Shown here piece by piece: positions 50,229 through 63,841 of a stretch of DNA of 64,000 nucleotides; position 1 is the stretch's first letter, and every line of letters begins with the position of its first letter. The DNA lies in contig RSEE01000008.1 of assembly GCA_003971905.1 (NCBI GenBank), positions 682,001 through 746,000 on the forward strand, given 5' to 3'. The notes below the pieces were generated by a model that did no database searches, was not told the DNA's origin, and saw only the letters and a list, made by a program, of their open reading frames with translations. This DNA is from Moniliella sp. 'wahieum' (lineage: Eukaryota). The translations under genes were made by a program, and so were the position numbers.

Positions 50229-50826
50229 ACCACGAGTACGCGGCCACGAGTTGCGCTTGACGCGTACTTGTGGAACGCACGGCCGGCCTTGAGCAGCGGC
50301 TTGTCAATGCGGCCACCGCCGGCCACAATCCCACCGTCGCGCGCGACGCCGACGACACAATCTTCTTGGCGCCAGAAGGCAGACGGATACGCGACGTCTT
50401 GCCGTCGGCGTCGTGGCCAATGAGGGTAGCGTAGTTGCCCGACGCACGCGCCAGCGTGCCGCGGTCCCCAGCCTTCTCCTCCACGTTGCACACAATCGTA
50501 CCCTCAGGCAGCGCCGACAGGGGCAGCACATTGCCCACGGAAAGCGCGGCGCGCTTGCCGCAGTAGACAAACTGGCCGGTGGACATGCCCTCGGTGGCGA
50601 TAAAGTGCTCGGTGCGCAGCTTGTAGCGGTACGGGTCGCGGAAGGTCACCTTGGCCAACGGAGCGCCGCGGCCGGCATCGTGCACAATCTCGCGCACAAC
50701 ACCGCGAATGTAACCGTTGCGCTCGGCAAAGTCGACCGTGCGCAGCTTGGCTGGCGCAGTGCGGTGCGACGAGTGCGACTTGAAGATGCCACCCGACTTG
50801 CGCTGGGAACGAATGACACGACCCAT
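50067..50826 (-). CDS. RPL2: 60S ribosomal protein uL2 (L2/L8), intronless; two apparent 1-nt deletions near 50331 and 50264
   Basis: [67 protein letters not shown] and [16 protein letters not shown] at 50067-50069. Confidence 0.96.
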
Positions 50827-53107
50827 GGTTGGTGCGGCAGAGACCTCGGAGGTGGTGACAGAAGCCGGCCGCAACGCACGCTGGACCACATTGGCAAGCG
50901 GGCCGGGCCGGGCGCGGGGGGAGGACAACCCATCGACAGACTGGCCCCGTGCCCCATTCACCCATCACCCTGACCTGCCTTGGGCACCAGCCCAGTTAGC
51001 CGGGGCGCAATGCCCACTTGGATCCTAGGGTTGAAGGCAAGGCCGCAAAAGGACAGTGAGGGGAGCAGGCGCAATTATTGGCTGGTGCATCTGTTCAGTG
51101 CAGCCGACGCGAGCCCAGTAGGGTTGGCCCTCGCCTCGTCTCGACTGGCCGGGCTCGACTGGGGCTTGAACAAAGGTGAAAGCGCCCCCCCCCCCCCCCC
51201 CAGCCCAGCCCCCAGCTGGCGCCCGCTCGTCACCATCATGCATCACCCAAGCCAGGCTGGCACCTCAATTCCGCGTCACGCGTCACGTCGGGTATGCCTG
51301 GTGCCACATCTGTCTTCTGTCCCATAGTGCGTGCCAAGTCGCTGTGAGTAACGACCACGGACGCCTGAGTCCTGTGTGAGTCCTACAGAGTACGCAATTG
51401 AGCTCAGCCAGTGAGCCTCAGTACTGTGCATTGAGCACCGAGTGCGCGGTGGTGGTGTCATGGTTGCGCGCACCATGGCGGGGCGGTGCCGTTGATGCGT
51501 TGAGGGAAGAAGGGGAGGGTGCGGAAGGACACAAGATCCCGAGAGGTAGCCCCCGCGATGCCAGTGATGGTGGTGTTGATGACGGCAAGCGGCACCGCGT
51601 TGAGCGGACGGCCGCAGTGGCCCTCGTGCTAGACCTACGGAGAGCGGGGTGCTGTTCAAAGCGGTCGAGGCGCTTGGTTGACAAGCCGCTGGCTCCTCGC
51701 GCTTCTTGATGGCGCACAGCAATGCACTTAAAGTACTCGTGCAATGCAACGGGTCTGTGTGAAACAGGGCCAGCGGCACAACCCGCTGGGACGTGGAACT
51801 TGAAGCTTGAATGGCCGTGGACCGGTGCCGTAGACCGCTAGTGTTTGTACGATGAAAAGGTAATGAAGCTTGAAGCTGCACTTGAAGCGTACGCGTAAAG
51901 CTTAAACACACACAAGGACAGTTGCCGGCGACCGCACCAATTGCGCCATGCCCGGCGCCTGGCGCACCCTGCCTGCCGCACAACAGACTGCAGCCGGTAC
52001 TGATGGTGCCAAGACGGTCGGCCGTCCGCCTTCTCCTCTGGACCAAAGATACAGAGTGAATTTGCCCCAAGCGGAGGCGCTACATGTTGCACGCCCGATG
52101 CTGCGTCACGTCGGTAGCCAAACCGAGGCGCTCGGGTCTGTACCCGGAAACAAACGAGCACCAAGAGCACCAAGAGCACCAAGACGAAGGGATTGCTCAT
52201 GGGGAGGCGCGTCACCGATCGCCTCTCTGACCGCCCATCTGACCATCTCACGTCTTGGCACATCTCTCATCTCAGGCAGGCCGCGGCGCGTTCCGCGTCC
52301 CGAGCGACGGATCCCAGGCGACCCCACGCCCATGTGTGCGCACCCGAAATGTACATGACGATGCGCAGCAAGCTCATTGACTTCGGGACCGGCCCCCCCT
52401 GCCACACCCGTTCACCTTGACCGCCCCAAACAGCACCGCGCACGTACGATGGATGGCGGTGAACGTGGAACTCAACGTGATCTCAACGTTAAGATGCAGT
52501 CGAGCTCTCCAAAACCCTTGCCTCGCCGCCCCGCCCCCGCCCAGCCCCATGGAACGCGCGTTACCCGCCGTTCCTACGCGGCGTCCGCGCTGGTGAATGC
52601 GACATGTGCCGCGCTCCGCGCTCCGAGGCAAGGTGCAGCTGTTCCAGCCCAGACGCTGGACGATGAAGAATAGGGCCCGGTACGTGGAGCAAGGTGCATG
52701 ACGCGGGGACGCGGGGCGGGCTACAATGCTGGTTCTTGGAGACAGACGTGGGTGTGTACATAGTCCTGTTCTGCCAAGGACGTCTGCAATACAAGTAAAG
52801 TACAGACTGGTATGTGGAGGAAGGAGGGGACAGGGGGGGGGGAGCAACGAGAGGGGCACAGGCGGGAACAAAACGGGGCAAACATGAACAAGGCGACAGA
52901 AAGGGGAAGGGGCCCCAGCAGGGGATTACGAACGCAAAGCAACAGTGCACAGCTGGAGCGGGGCAAAAGAAGGCAAGGCAGGCGGGCGGTCGTGCACGCG
53001 CGCAAGAACGCGAGAGGGGGGGAGGCGGATTCAAAGCAAACCGAGAGCAAACGTGGTATCAAAGCAAGTGGACGCCCAAACGACTAGCTCTGGAGGAGAA
53101 CAGAGCG

Positions 53108-55131
53108 TCAAAGCCATACCCCAGCGGCAAAAAGTCGTCCGGGGGAAGCCGATTTGTCGTTTGGCCTGAGCTGGTCCGAGGGAGGCGAAAGCGGCTGGTT
53201 GGGGATCGATCCGCTGCTCGGGCCGCTGCTCGCGCCCGTTGTTGCCGCCGAGGGCATGTCGAGCGAGGGGAAGGAGGCGGCCCAACCCTCGTCGTTTGAA
53301 GGAGGGAACACATCGTTCACACCCAGCGAACGCAACAGCGCATCCGCCTGGCTCTCACTCGGCATCTCCGATGGCGTCGACGCCGCTGCCGAAGTAAGGA
53401 TAAAGGATCCGACGGCGCCGACGCAGACACTGACGAGTCCCGCGCCGAAGGAGCGGACGAAGCTGGACTGTCGCCTGTCGCAGCAGGAGGCGAGACGTGT
53501 GTTTGGGTCCAAGACGGCTCGGATACCGCGGGGGGTAACAAGGCTCCCAACGACAACTCGTCCAACCCCAACCCCAACCCTTGGCTCGGAGTCATACTGC
53601 CCGAGCCGGGGTACGGGGAGGAAATGCCATCGGCATGCAACTGGGCCAGAGCAAGGGGGTTGAACCGCATGTCTGCTAGGTGGGGCGGAAGCGGGTACGA
53701 TCCCACTCCGGCCGGGGTGGAAAGACCACTGGCGTTCTGCGAGCCTGGCATGGGTCGGGGCGCAACGGGTTGTTCGGGCTGGAGCGCCGTCATTCTCATC
53801 GGTGCCAACGAGGCGGGGGAGCGACGGGCGAGGGTGGGCGATCCCGTTCGGCTCGAGGGGCGAGAAGGATGGGTGGAGCGGTCGCCTCCGACTTGGTGGC
53901 CAGAAGGGTTGTGAGCTCGGCTGCCTTCTTTGCGATGGCCGAGCGCACTGGACGAACGCGATGGATGCGCCGAGTGATGGGCGTGGCCAACGTGCAGCGA
54001 GGGCTGCAACACACCTTGTTGTTGTGAGCAGTGGACAGTCGGCCAGAACGATAGAGTTCTTGTGCTTCTTCGCTCAAGGTCCACCACGAGCCTTTGCCCG
54101 CAGCGGAAGCTGGCCTGGGGACCTTGACAAACAAGTTGCTCTTGATCGACAAGGTGGACTTGATGCGGTTCTTGACGCGGGCCTAGAAGCAGAGGGAAGA
54201 GCAGGGTGGGAAGAAGGGCAGGGTTGTTAGTACATGGTCACACGAAATTCAAGAAAACGGCACAAGACGTGAAGCGCGTGTTGACCTACCTCCAGTCCTT
54301 GCCATTGGCCCACTCGTGGATCTCAGGGAACTTTTGGCACATGCCATGGAACAGATCCTGGATCACCAGGCGGTGTTGTGGCGATTAGCAATGGTGCGCA
54401 GATCATGTCGGACCAGATCAGTCGTTTGCCGTTGACGTAGAAGGGGGAATTCCGCGGGCCGTGGCCATGGGCGGCATGGGACCCGGCTGCGCCCTGGGCT
54501 GGATTGGGACCATGGCCGTTTGCCTGGGCGCGCCGGGTGGCAGGGCGGAGGGATTTATGGGTGAAAAGGCAAAGGAGGGATCAAACGAGCCCAGGCCGAT
54601 GCCGGGGGGGAGTAGCCCGTGTGGGCTAGATTCCGCGCGCCGGCCACCTGGGCTGCTGGCACCGGAGGCCTGGGGCGGAGATGCCACTGGGGGGCACTGG
54701 ACGAGGGCGGGAACTGGCGGCAGCAAAGGGCATGCCGCCGGCGGCAGCAAAGGGCGAGCTGGTCGTTGAGGTAGGCAGGGACGCATTGGTGGTGGCGGTG
54801 GCCGCGAGGTTGGGTGGCGGGTGGAGGAGGGGGGGGGGTGCCTGGGGCGGGGCGGGGGCGCCTGGCGGGAGGCGGGGTCTGGTTGGGGCCAGGCATGGGG
54901 ACAAAGAAGTTGGGGGCCGGGGAAGGGCGGGAGGCCGGGGGCCGGGCGGCCGGGGGCGGGGGGGAGGAGGCGGAGGGCGTTGGGCGGCGGCGCAAAGGGG
55001 AGGAAGCGTTGGGCGGCGGCGGCATGGCGGCATGGCAACGCGGGGCGGGCGCGCGGTGGCGGGCGCGGGCGCGGGGCAGCGGCGGCGAGCCAGGGCGGGG
55101 GCATGGGCGCTAGCGGCTGCGGGGGGTTCAT
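53108..55131 (-). CDS. Forkhead/winged-helix transcription factor with Pro-rich N-terminus; intron 54183-54289; frameshifted
   Basis: WSDMIC...RLVIQDLFHGMCQKFPEIHEWANGKDW|..RVKNRIKSTLSIKSNLFVKVPRP...GKGSWWTL. The intron is GTAGGT...TACTAAC...TAG. Confidence 0.8.
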
Positions 55132-55749
55132 TGTGGGAGGCAGGCGGGCAGGCGGGCGGAACGGGCGGAAGACGGGACGGCGGCGGCGGGTGTGGTGGGA
55201 GAGACCGAGGTGTGGATGGCTGCGTGCTTGGCCGACCAGCGGGGCGGAGGGAGAGATGAGGACGATGGGGACCGATGACGCTGAGCGCTGATGCATGATG
55301 CATGCGCACGGCACAGCACATCGCTCATCGCTGATCGCTGCCGATGACGCGGATGACGCCGCAGCCAGCGTTCCAAGTGTGCTGACCTCAGCGCGCAGCG
55401 CTCTGGTGGGGGCACGCGTCACGCGCAGCACAGCACTCTGCCGCGGGCCAGCACCGAACCACCTAAATCCCGCCACTTGGGCTGCAGCTGCACCTGCTGC
55501 ACCCCGCCTGCTGCGGGCCCTGGCCGCCTGCCCGCAGCCGCGGGCAGCCGCATGCCAGCCAGGGGGTCGCAGCAGCAGACCGGCGCAGACAGCTCAGCCG
55601 CTGGGCGCTTGGACGTATGTGGGCGTTGCCCACGGCTGGTTCCGCCTCCCGTACTTCGGAACTCAGACGAGTACGCTCAGACGTTTAGGCCTGAGCCTCA
55701 GGTGAAGTTCCAAGCTTGATGCATGATGCCTGATGTATGATAGCTTGAG

Positions 55750-57281
55750 GATGGCCGCCCGTTCATTCCGCGCATCTGCCCCGCAGCCTTCCCTCCAGCT
55801 TTTGCAAAATCCCGCCCATAAATGGAGGACTAGGGCCTGCTCGGCGTGGGCGGGTTCACCACCCAACTGCCCATCATGGCCAGGCAGAATGAGCTTGCCC
55901 ACCACACGGCTTTCGCACATGGCTTGCCCAGTCCGGCGTCGAGTTGCACCCCCCTTGATCTTTCAGGACGATCCCATTACTGGATGGGGCTCTTTGTTGC
56001 CCAAGACCCAGATGAGGGGCCAAGTGCGGGCGTGCCAGCCCACACCAAGGTCCTCCGCATGCCCGCAGCGCTCGGCATCACCCCCCTTGTCGCCCACACC
56101 GCCTTGATGTCCCTCATCGCTTCTCTCTCTTCTCCATCCCGATGGGAGCGAGACACGCGCAGCCCTCACGACCCTCCATGCGTTTGACCAGCGCAGCACC
56201 CTCGTCCTCTACCTCGTTCTTGCTCGCTGTCTCCTCGAAGCTGGCCCCGCTACCGACACCAGTGCTGCCCCCACCCTGTCTGCCCACCTTCCCTACATCC
56301 GCCTTCTTTCCGACCTGACCCCGTCCTCACCAACCTCGTACACTTCCGCCGAGCTCGCCCTCCTGAGTCTTACTTCCCTCGGCGCCTCGGTACCGGAAAA
56401 GCAGGAGAAACTAGCCAGAGCGGCCCAGCTTGCTCAGCGATTCGTCCACTCGCTGTTCCAGCTGGCCAAGGTCACCTCTCACCCAGCTGCTGCCTGGCTC
56501 GCTCCGTCATCTGAGAAGCCTTTTTCTCTCTTGTGGGAGTGGGGCGACTTTGTCTATGCCTCACGCTCCTTCCCTGCCACCATGGTCTACCCCGGCACCC
56601 AAGATGGGGTACCCATCCCGCCCTGGGGGGAAGACTTGGCGCCCATCCTTCTCCCTGGACTGGACAGTTTCACACCACCAGCGTCGCGCCCAGGTGGTAT
56701 GGCATGTTGGTCGGGCTGCCCAGCCGTACCCGGCGCTGGATGCGCTGTTTGCGCGCGAGACCACGCACCTCGAAGGAGGCCATACCGCCTATCTCGCCTC
56801 CAATGGTTCGGCCATTGCGTTCGAAGTGCTCGGGCCCGTTGCAAGCGGCGAACAGGTGTTCAACAACTACGGTCCCAAGGGGAACGAAGAACTGCTGTTT
56901 TCCTATGGCTTTACCCTCCCGGATGGACCGGACGATTACGTTCGTCTCACCCTGCCTGTTTCGCCCCCTTGCTGGTCGAGCTGAGTCGGTCAAATACGTC
57001 GCAGCTCGCCTCGGCAGCCAAGGCAGTAGCCGACTGGAATGGATGGGACAAGGAGACCGGGTGGGAGACAAAGGCGTACCTCCAGTTGGCCCAGATGCTG
57101 CAAGATAAGTTGACGCTCGAACCGACAGCTTGGCCCGGCCCGCTCCACTCCCGTCGGTCCCGAAACGCGCAAAACCAACTTGCTCAACATCATCACCTAC
57201 CTGACTTGCCAGTGCGGCATTCTCTCTACCGCCTACAAGGCCGCAATCGAGCTGGCCAAGGCGGCCGGCACATCCGAATGA
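55750..57281 (+). CDS. SET-domain protein lysine methyltransferase (SETD3/Rkm/Efm1-like); start approximate; frameshifted
   Basis: WGDFVYASRSFP, PILLPGLDSF and GEQVFNNYGPKGNEELLFSYGF. Confidence 0.8.
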
Positions 57282-57576
57282 ATCGAGCGCGAGTAGAAGA
57301 GGCAACCAGAAGCACAAGTGCCGTTATAGCGTGTTCATTCACTAATCAGCTGACCACCGAGCCTACGTTCAACGTTCAACGTTCATGTGCGCAATCCCCA
57401 AAAACGTAGTTTTAGTGTCCGCCGTGTTACCTAAGCGGGCATTGTGTGCTATCGGGCCTAAGGCCTAGCCTGTATCCAGGGTTTTACAGGGCGGGATAGC
57501 GGGCTCGTATCAGCGGCGTGTGTTTGGTTCGCTCTCTGGCACCTTTGCTCTGGCCCTTTCCCACCCTCGCCTGGCC

Positions 57577-58463
57577 ATGTCCCAGAAACTAGTTCTGAGC
57601 GTTGGGGTCGGGGGTGCCACGAGCTCGGGCAAGACAACGCTGAGCAAACACTTGGTCGACCTGCTCAGTCCGGGGATGAGTCGGGCCGGACCCCCCAACT
57701 GTTGCTGGTGCACCAGGACGACTTTGTTCCCGAAGAGAAGGACTTGCCGTGGAACGAAGCGTGCAATGCGACCGACTGGGATACGCCCTATGGCTCAGTC
57801 GACTACCCTTCGTTGGCCAAGGCGATTGCCCATGCCAAAGCGCGCGGGGCGCTGCCGGAGGATACCGAGTCGATTGATCATCTGAACCAACTCCCACCCG
57901 TACCGGTCAGCGAAACCTTTCGTGCGCATTGGCAGAGTCGTTTTGCGTCCTTGCTGCAAGACCATCCCATCAGGATTGTGATCTCGGAAGGGTTCCTGCT
58001 CTACTTTTCCCCGCTCGTCCGCGAGCAACTCGACCTCCGCCTCTTCATCCGTACCCCGCGGGACCAAGTGCTCCAACGTCGGGAGCGTCGGGGAGGGTAC
58101 AATACAGCCGAAGGCACTCACTGGGTGGTGCGTACTGCGTTCACCCTGTCCGTTTGGATTGCGAAGACGATGACTGACATGCGTGATCCTACCTATCGAC
58201 ACGTAGGACCCGCCCGGGTACTTTGACAAGTGCGTCTGGCCTGCGTACCAACTCGCTCACCGCAATATGTTTGTCGATGGGGACGTGGAGCACGGGGCGG
58301 CGATTGACGACAAGGATGGGGAGGGCGATGGTGGTCCGGTTGCCGATCTGGTGTTGATTGAGGACAAGTCGACCGGCACAGAGGACACGGAGGAGATTGA
58401 GCGGCAGGTGAACTTAGCATGCGAGGCAGTGGGAGGGCAGTGCGCACGATGCTGGACAAGTAA
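57577..58463 (+). CDS. NRK1: Nicotinamide riboside kinase-like P-loop kinase; intron 58128-58206; 3' end 58463 or 58515
   Basis: VGVGGATSSGKTT, HQDDF, DWD, EGFLLY and RRERRGGYNTAEGTHWV|DPPGYFDKCVWPAY. Confidence 0.85.
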
Positions 58464-58994
58464 GTGGATGGAGATGGTTTGCTCGCCATATGTCGAACGT
58501 CAGGGGTGCCGATAGCGCCCCGCTGTGCCCGCGGCTGTTTTGCGGCAGACTGGCAGACGATGGACTGTTTGGCGACGGGTCCAAAGGCACTACCGGTGTT
58601 AAATTATTGCTCCAAGCCTTTGTGTACCGCGGCAACCTTGGCGTAATTGCCTTTCCCTCATTGATTGTTGCTTGCACGCCGCCATCCTTGATGGGTTGGC
58701 AGACATAGCCGGACAGAGCAGCAGCACCTATATACCATTCATCGCCTGCACGCATTATGCGTCTTCTGCTTCCGGTTGCGGTTCCATTCAATATTGCCTG
58801 TGCAACACGCGTACCACAGCCAATGCCCCTGAAGGTGATGAACTGGCAGGCGGAATATTCTGGTTCCGCTGTGCGGATCGTGTTGATTTTGACTCTACCG
58901 CCTGGAGCAGGTGTTGGTGTTGAGCGTGATAAATGGGGCGAACAACGCTCTGGCACCCGCGTCATCACGCGTCCTCTCCCGTCTTCGACTTGCC

Positions 58995-60386
58995 ATGCCC
59001 AGTGCTCCTCCTACCAAGGCGCCGTTCCATCCCGTTCAGCAACAAGCCCTCAACTAGTCCAGCCACCTGACGGCCATTTCAGCAAGGCCATGTACGCCAA
59101 CCTGCCTATGGCATGCCCGTGCTCCAGGCCAACAAGCTACCCGTCTACCAAAACCCCCGACTGCCGCTGCCGCTGCTGCTCCGCCAGGGCAAGGCCAGGT
59201 GGGTACCTACGATGGTGGGCTGGAGCGCGACGAGCTTCGTGGTCGCCGGACCGCTTCGGCTAGCGTCAATGCCGCGCTGGCGTTGGACAGCAGTGCACCT
59301 GGGTACGCCTTGTTTCCTCCGTTGCTGCCTTTGTTGGGAGCACGTTGCTGACGCGATGCCATTTGTTGCCGGTGGCAGGGAGGTGATGCACAAGTTGACG
59401 AAGCAATGGCGTCTGAAAGATTTGAGCTGGGCCGCGGGCTGGGCAAGGGCAAGTTTGGGCGTGTGTTTATTGCGCGAACGCGGCAGCCGCCGCAGTACGT
59501 GTTGGCGCTCAAGTGCATGTACAAGAACGAGATTGTCAAGGACGGCCTGGAGGAGCAGATTCGTCGTGAGATTGAGATTCAGATGAACTTGCGCCACCCC
59601 AACGTGCTCAAGCTCCATGGTTATTTCCACGATGAGGGCCGGATCTTTCTCATGGTCGAGTTTGCCGCCGCGGCGAATTCTACAAGTACATGAACTCCCT
59701 TCCCTACCGTCGCTTCCCCGAGCCAACAGCAGCCAAGGTATGTCGCCCCTGTCTGTCTGCTCGTCTCTTCTTATTCTTGTTCTTGCCACTCACGCACCCC
59801 CCCCCCTCTCCCTATCCAGTACATTGCCCAGATGGCCGATGCACTCCAGTATTTGCATTCCAAAAACGTCATTCATCGTGACATTAAGCCAGAAAACCTG
59901 TTGATGGGCATCCACGGCGAACTCAAGATCTCTGATTTTGGGTGGAGTGTGCATGCGCCGGGCAATCGGAGGCAAACCATGTGTGGAACACTTGACTACC
60001 TTCCACCCGAGATGGTCGAGCACCGTGCGCATGGCAAAGGTGTGGACCTCTGGGCGCTCGGCGTACTCACGTACGAGTTTTGCCAGGGAGATCCTCCCTT
60101 TGAGGAGGATCGGCCTACCTCAACGTACGATCGCATCGCCAATGTTGATCTTCGATTGCCCTCTCGCCTTTCTCCCGAAGTGCAGGACTTGATCCGGAGG
60201 GTACGTCCTTCTGTCCCCGCCGTTGCTTCTCGTTGCCATGCCTGACCTTTCCTTTTTTTTCCCCTGCCCATCCAGCTGCTTCGCAAGGAGCCTCATAAAC
60301 GTCTGCCGCTCACCGACGTTCTTACCCACCCTTGGATCGTCAAATATGATCCCCAAGCTGCGGCCCGCGCCAATTCGCGGTACTAA
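58995..60386 (+). CDS. IPL1: Aurora kinase (Ipl1/Ark1); introns 59303-59378, 59738-59819 and 60201-60275; start approximate
   Basis: [75 protein letters not shown] and HPWI. Confidence 0.93.
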
Positions 60387-60947
60387 CCATCCCCCCGCTT
60401 CCGAGCACGTCTTGGCTGCTGTTTGGTCGTGTGCATCATGCGTCTCGCCTCGCTGTTTTCGTTTTTCACTCCCCTCTTTCGTGTTCCCTGTCGCGGCTAC
60501 TGGCCATATTTCTCAATGATGCTTTACTCTTTGTGTCCCTGGCTTGGATTGAATGTAGAAGCCCAGGTCACGGGGTACGGGTACGGGTCAGAGGAGTAAG
60601 ATCGTATTGAACGGGGTGGGCCAGGTTGCGTTGACGCATGGATCGGGGGTGGCATATGGCAGTGGGGCGGCATGGTAGTGTGCCCAACAAGCAATCATCG
60701 TTACACGTTACGTTAATCATCGATCGCCTGGGATCCCATACCTAGCAGTCCTAAGTACAAGCGCACCCATTCATTCCGCGGGGCGGAAGTAGCGCGTCCG
60801 CATGTGGCGCTGCCGATCGGCGTTTGGCGTTTGGCGCCTGGGTTGGCTTCCGCCTCTGACACGTCTCCCCACGCCTCCTGCCCAACCAACCCACACGACA
60901 CTCCTCTTCCCGACAGCTGCCCCCACACATTCCTCCTCCAACCTCCA

Positions 60948-61661
60948 ATGTGGTACGCTCCTCTCCACTCACCTGCACATAAGGGTGCATGCTGACCTTC
61001 CCGCTCTTTCCCGCGCAGCAAGCATGTTCTCAATGCCCAAGTGGCCATCCGCGCCCCGTGCTGCCGGAAATGGTTTGACGTACGTGCCTTTCCCTCCCCC
61101 TTCCCTGTCGTACTGGCTACCCTGACCCATTTCCCTGCCCAGTGCCCCGAGTGCCATGCCGAAACACAAGACCACCCACTCAAGAAAACAACCGAGATGG
61201 TGATGGTGTGCAAAAAGTGCCGGCGTGCGTTCCGGAAGGATTTGGGCACGTTTGATGAGACCGACGAGTACTGCCCCCATTGCGACAACCATTACGTCGT
61301 GGAGGCCAAGACGGCCAAACCAATGTACGGCGTAGAAGGCCAAGACTCTCGATGGACAACCAGTACGTTTTTCTTTGTTTTTTTTTCTCTCTCTTGCCCT
61401 GGCGACCGTGTGATGACAAGGATGCTGACGAACGTTAGCATGTACGCTGATGCTCGGGCACAATTCGATCCTCGTCTCGACTTTTTCCGCACCGAGGTCG
61501 AGGCCCAGGCTTCGGAGCGGCTGGATCAGGGCGGCGTGGTGGGAGCCTTGCGCGCGCAAAAGGAGGGCGAGACGGCGGCTGTGGCACCAGCATCTGAAGC
61601 GCTGCCCAAGCAACGGGCAGCTGAGTTGGACATTAATGACGACGACCTCGATTGGAGTTGA
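60948..61661 (+). CDS. CHY zinc-finger protein; introns 60953-61018, 61080-61142 and 61363-61438
   Basis: Spliced product M-C|KHVLNAQVAIRAPCCRKWFD|CPECHAETQDHPL...CKKCRRAFRKD...YCPHCDNHYV. Confidence 0.88.
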
Positions 61662-63796
61662 GGGGGGAACGGGGAACGCGGTTCGGTTCCGCTCATGGAA
61701 CGCAGCGAAGAATGGATCTTTGCAGCATGCAGGTTTCGGCTTGTCGGTTTGTCGGTTAGGTTCCACGCAGCGAGATGAGCTGCTCGAAACGGGGGCATTG
61801 CCGCAGATGGATCTGTGCTCTGTTCTCTGTGTTCTGTTCCCGGGTCTGTCCGGCCCGGCGTGTTGATGACGAACGGGCTATACGCACCTCCCCCACCCTG
61901 ACACCCACTTGCCCTCGACACCTCGGCACTGCTGGATTAAGACCAAGGCCGGGGGGGGATGGTGCACTGCAGCAGATTCGGTCGCAGGACTGCCGTTGCA
62001 TTGCTGTCCTTTTGTTGTCGTGTACCTTGTTCCATCTGCGGGGAGCATTGAACGTCTATCGTCGAAAGTTGAACGTCGAACGCTGATCGCCGCAATCCTG
62101 CTTCTCTCTGGGACGTACTTGATCTTCTTGTAGGCTGCTGTTATGATCAGTTGGCCTCTTTATTCTGTGGTAGTTATGGAGCACTCGCAGAAATATTGTG
62201 TTGACCACCACGAGTCCACAGCCCATCATCTTCGCTTTCAGTCGCGCATGCCTCGATGCAGCGCGTCGGGCCAGGCATGCGGGGACGTCGACGGAGTTCC
62301 GGCTTCAGAACTTGTCCCAGGTCATAGGTCTAGCTCTCCATTGCCTTTCGCCAACCCCGCTAGCTAGCCCGGTGACAAAATGGAATAGAGTACCCATCAG
62401 TTTTGAAGTTTTTTTACAAGAGACCGCTTGACGATATCCGTCTCCACTATACTCACGCACCATCTGGAGTTTATGAGTGAAGGAGATGGAAGCCAGAGGG
62501 TCCTGACATCGTGGTGACTGCACTGACCTCTTCACTGTATTAACACGAACAAGCAGCGCATGCCGGTTCATTGAGTGGGCTCGTTTATCCTGCGAATGGT
62601 ATCAATTCAGAGTGTATAGGTGTGCGCTATATAGATTCCAACAGAGGAGTGGCGTCACGCGTCGAAGCTTCGTCTGGTCCAAGAATTCGGTTGAGCTGCG
62701 CCGAAAGAGCGCATTATGCACGTACTCTCCTAGGACCGCAGCGCATCTTCTCTCCCGCTTGCAACTTCAAGCTGCGGAAGCGCAAGTGCTGCACTGCAAA
62801 CGCCACCCCCCTAGCCGAAGCGATCGACACTACATTAGCCGATGAAAAGCGGAGATCGACAAGGGAGAAACCCATCGAAGAGAAGGGGGGTTGCCGTCGT
62901 TGGGCCTAAGCGGCCTAACCACGGCCTAACCGCGCGGTGGCAAGATCGAGTAACCCACTGCAGAGGGTATATGTATACCTGGTCTAGCACAACCGTCGTC
63001 GTGCGACCGGTTGTATATAGGACAGCTGATACACAACGCTGTTGAGAAACGAGACGTGAAAAAGAGACTATTAAGGGGAGGGGTGCTGTACATCACAGAG
63101 AAAGTATACCCCAGTACCCTCTGAAGGACGTATAGGTGCGATGCATGTGAGCGAGCATTGTTGCGAGCAGGGGCTGATCTCCAGCCACAGCGCACAATAA
63201 CGTCGGCAAAAGTGGGGGCACTGACGGGATTGAATATCGACAGACTGCACACGCCAACGTTATAACATTTGAGGAAGGGTCTCCGGGTCATGCTGCCCCG
63301 GGCAAAAAAGGGAGGGTAGAAAATTGCCGCTGCACGGTTGACTCGGGGGGCTAGCGCTTAGCGCTTACCGTTACCGGCGGATACCAGTTTCGGCTATTAG
63401 GCGTTATGGGTATTAGGTGCATCGGGCCTGGCGGGACAGAGGTGTGGCTGAGAGCTGCGATTGAGAGCCGAGAGCTGGGAGAGCTGAAATCGCTGCCACA
63501 GGCCACGAGGGAGAAGGATGGGCTGAGACGTGCGCGTCGTAGCTCGCGAATTAGAACCACAACTCTATATCGCAACCACTTTTGTTGGCGGGGATGAAAG
63601 CGGGGGAGCGGGCATATTAAGGTACATCGAATGCTGGATGGAAACATAGGTACGTACGTGCGCAGTGGAGCATGGTGCCTGGGGCGTGGTGCGGGGAGAG
63701 GGAGATCGGCGGGGCAAGGGGGCGCAGTGGGCGGAGCTGCTGGGCGCGGGAGGAAGGGGCAGTGTGTGGCATGGAGGGAGGGGCGACTGTGTGGGA

Positions 63797-63841
63797 GTGG
63801 CAGTGGCAGTGGCAGTGGCAGTGGCGGTGGCGGTGGCGGTG
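63797..63841. repeat. Hexamer microsatellite (GTGGCA)n grading to (GTGGCG)n
   Basis: Read directly from the sequence. Confidence 0.85.

Noticed and set aside
51948..52673. Possible small frameshifted plus-strand gene between RPL2 and the forkhead gene
   Set aside because: No domain or splice support that I can identify.
1..61661. Calling the frameshifted genes pseudogenes
   Set aside because: The breaks examined are single-base indels in short runs, they hit essential genes, and they come with no motif decay. Consensus error is more parsimonious.
62100..63780. Short ORFs and a GTACGT donor-like site near the window end
   Set aside because: No coherent reading frame or family motif; cannot be supported without homology searches.
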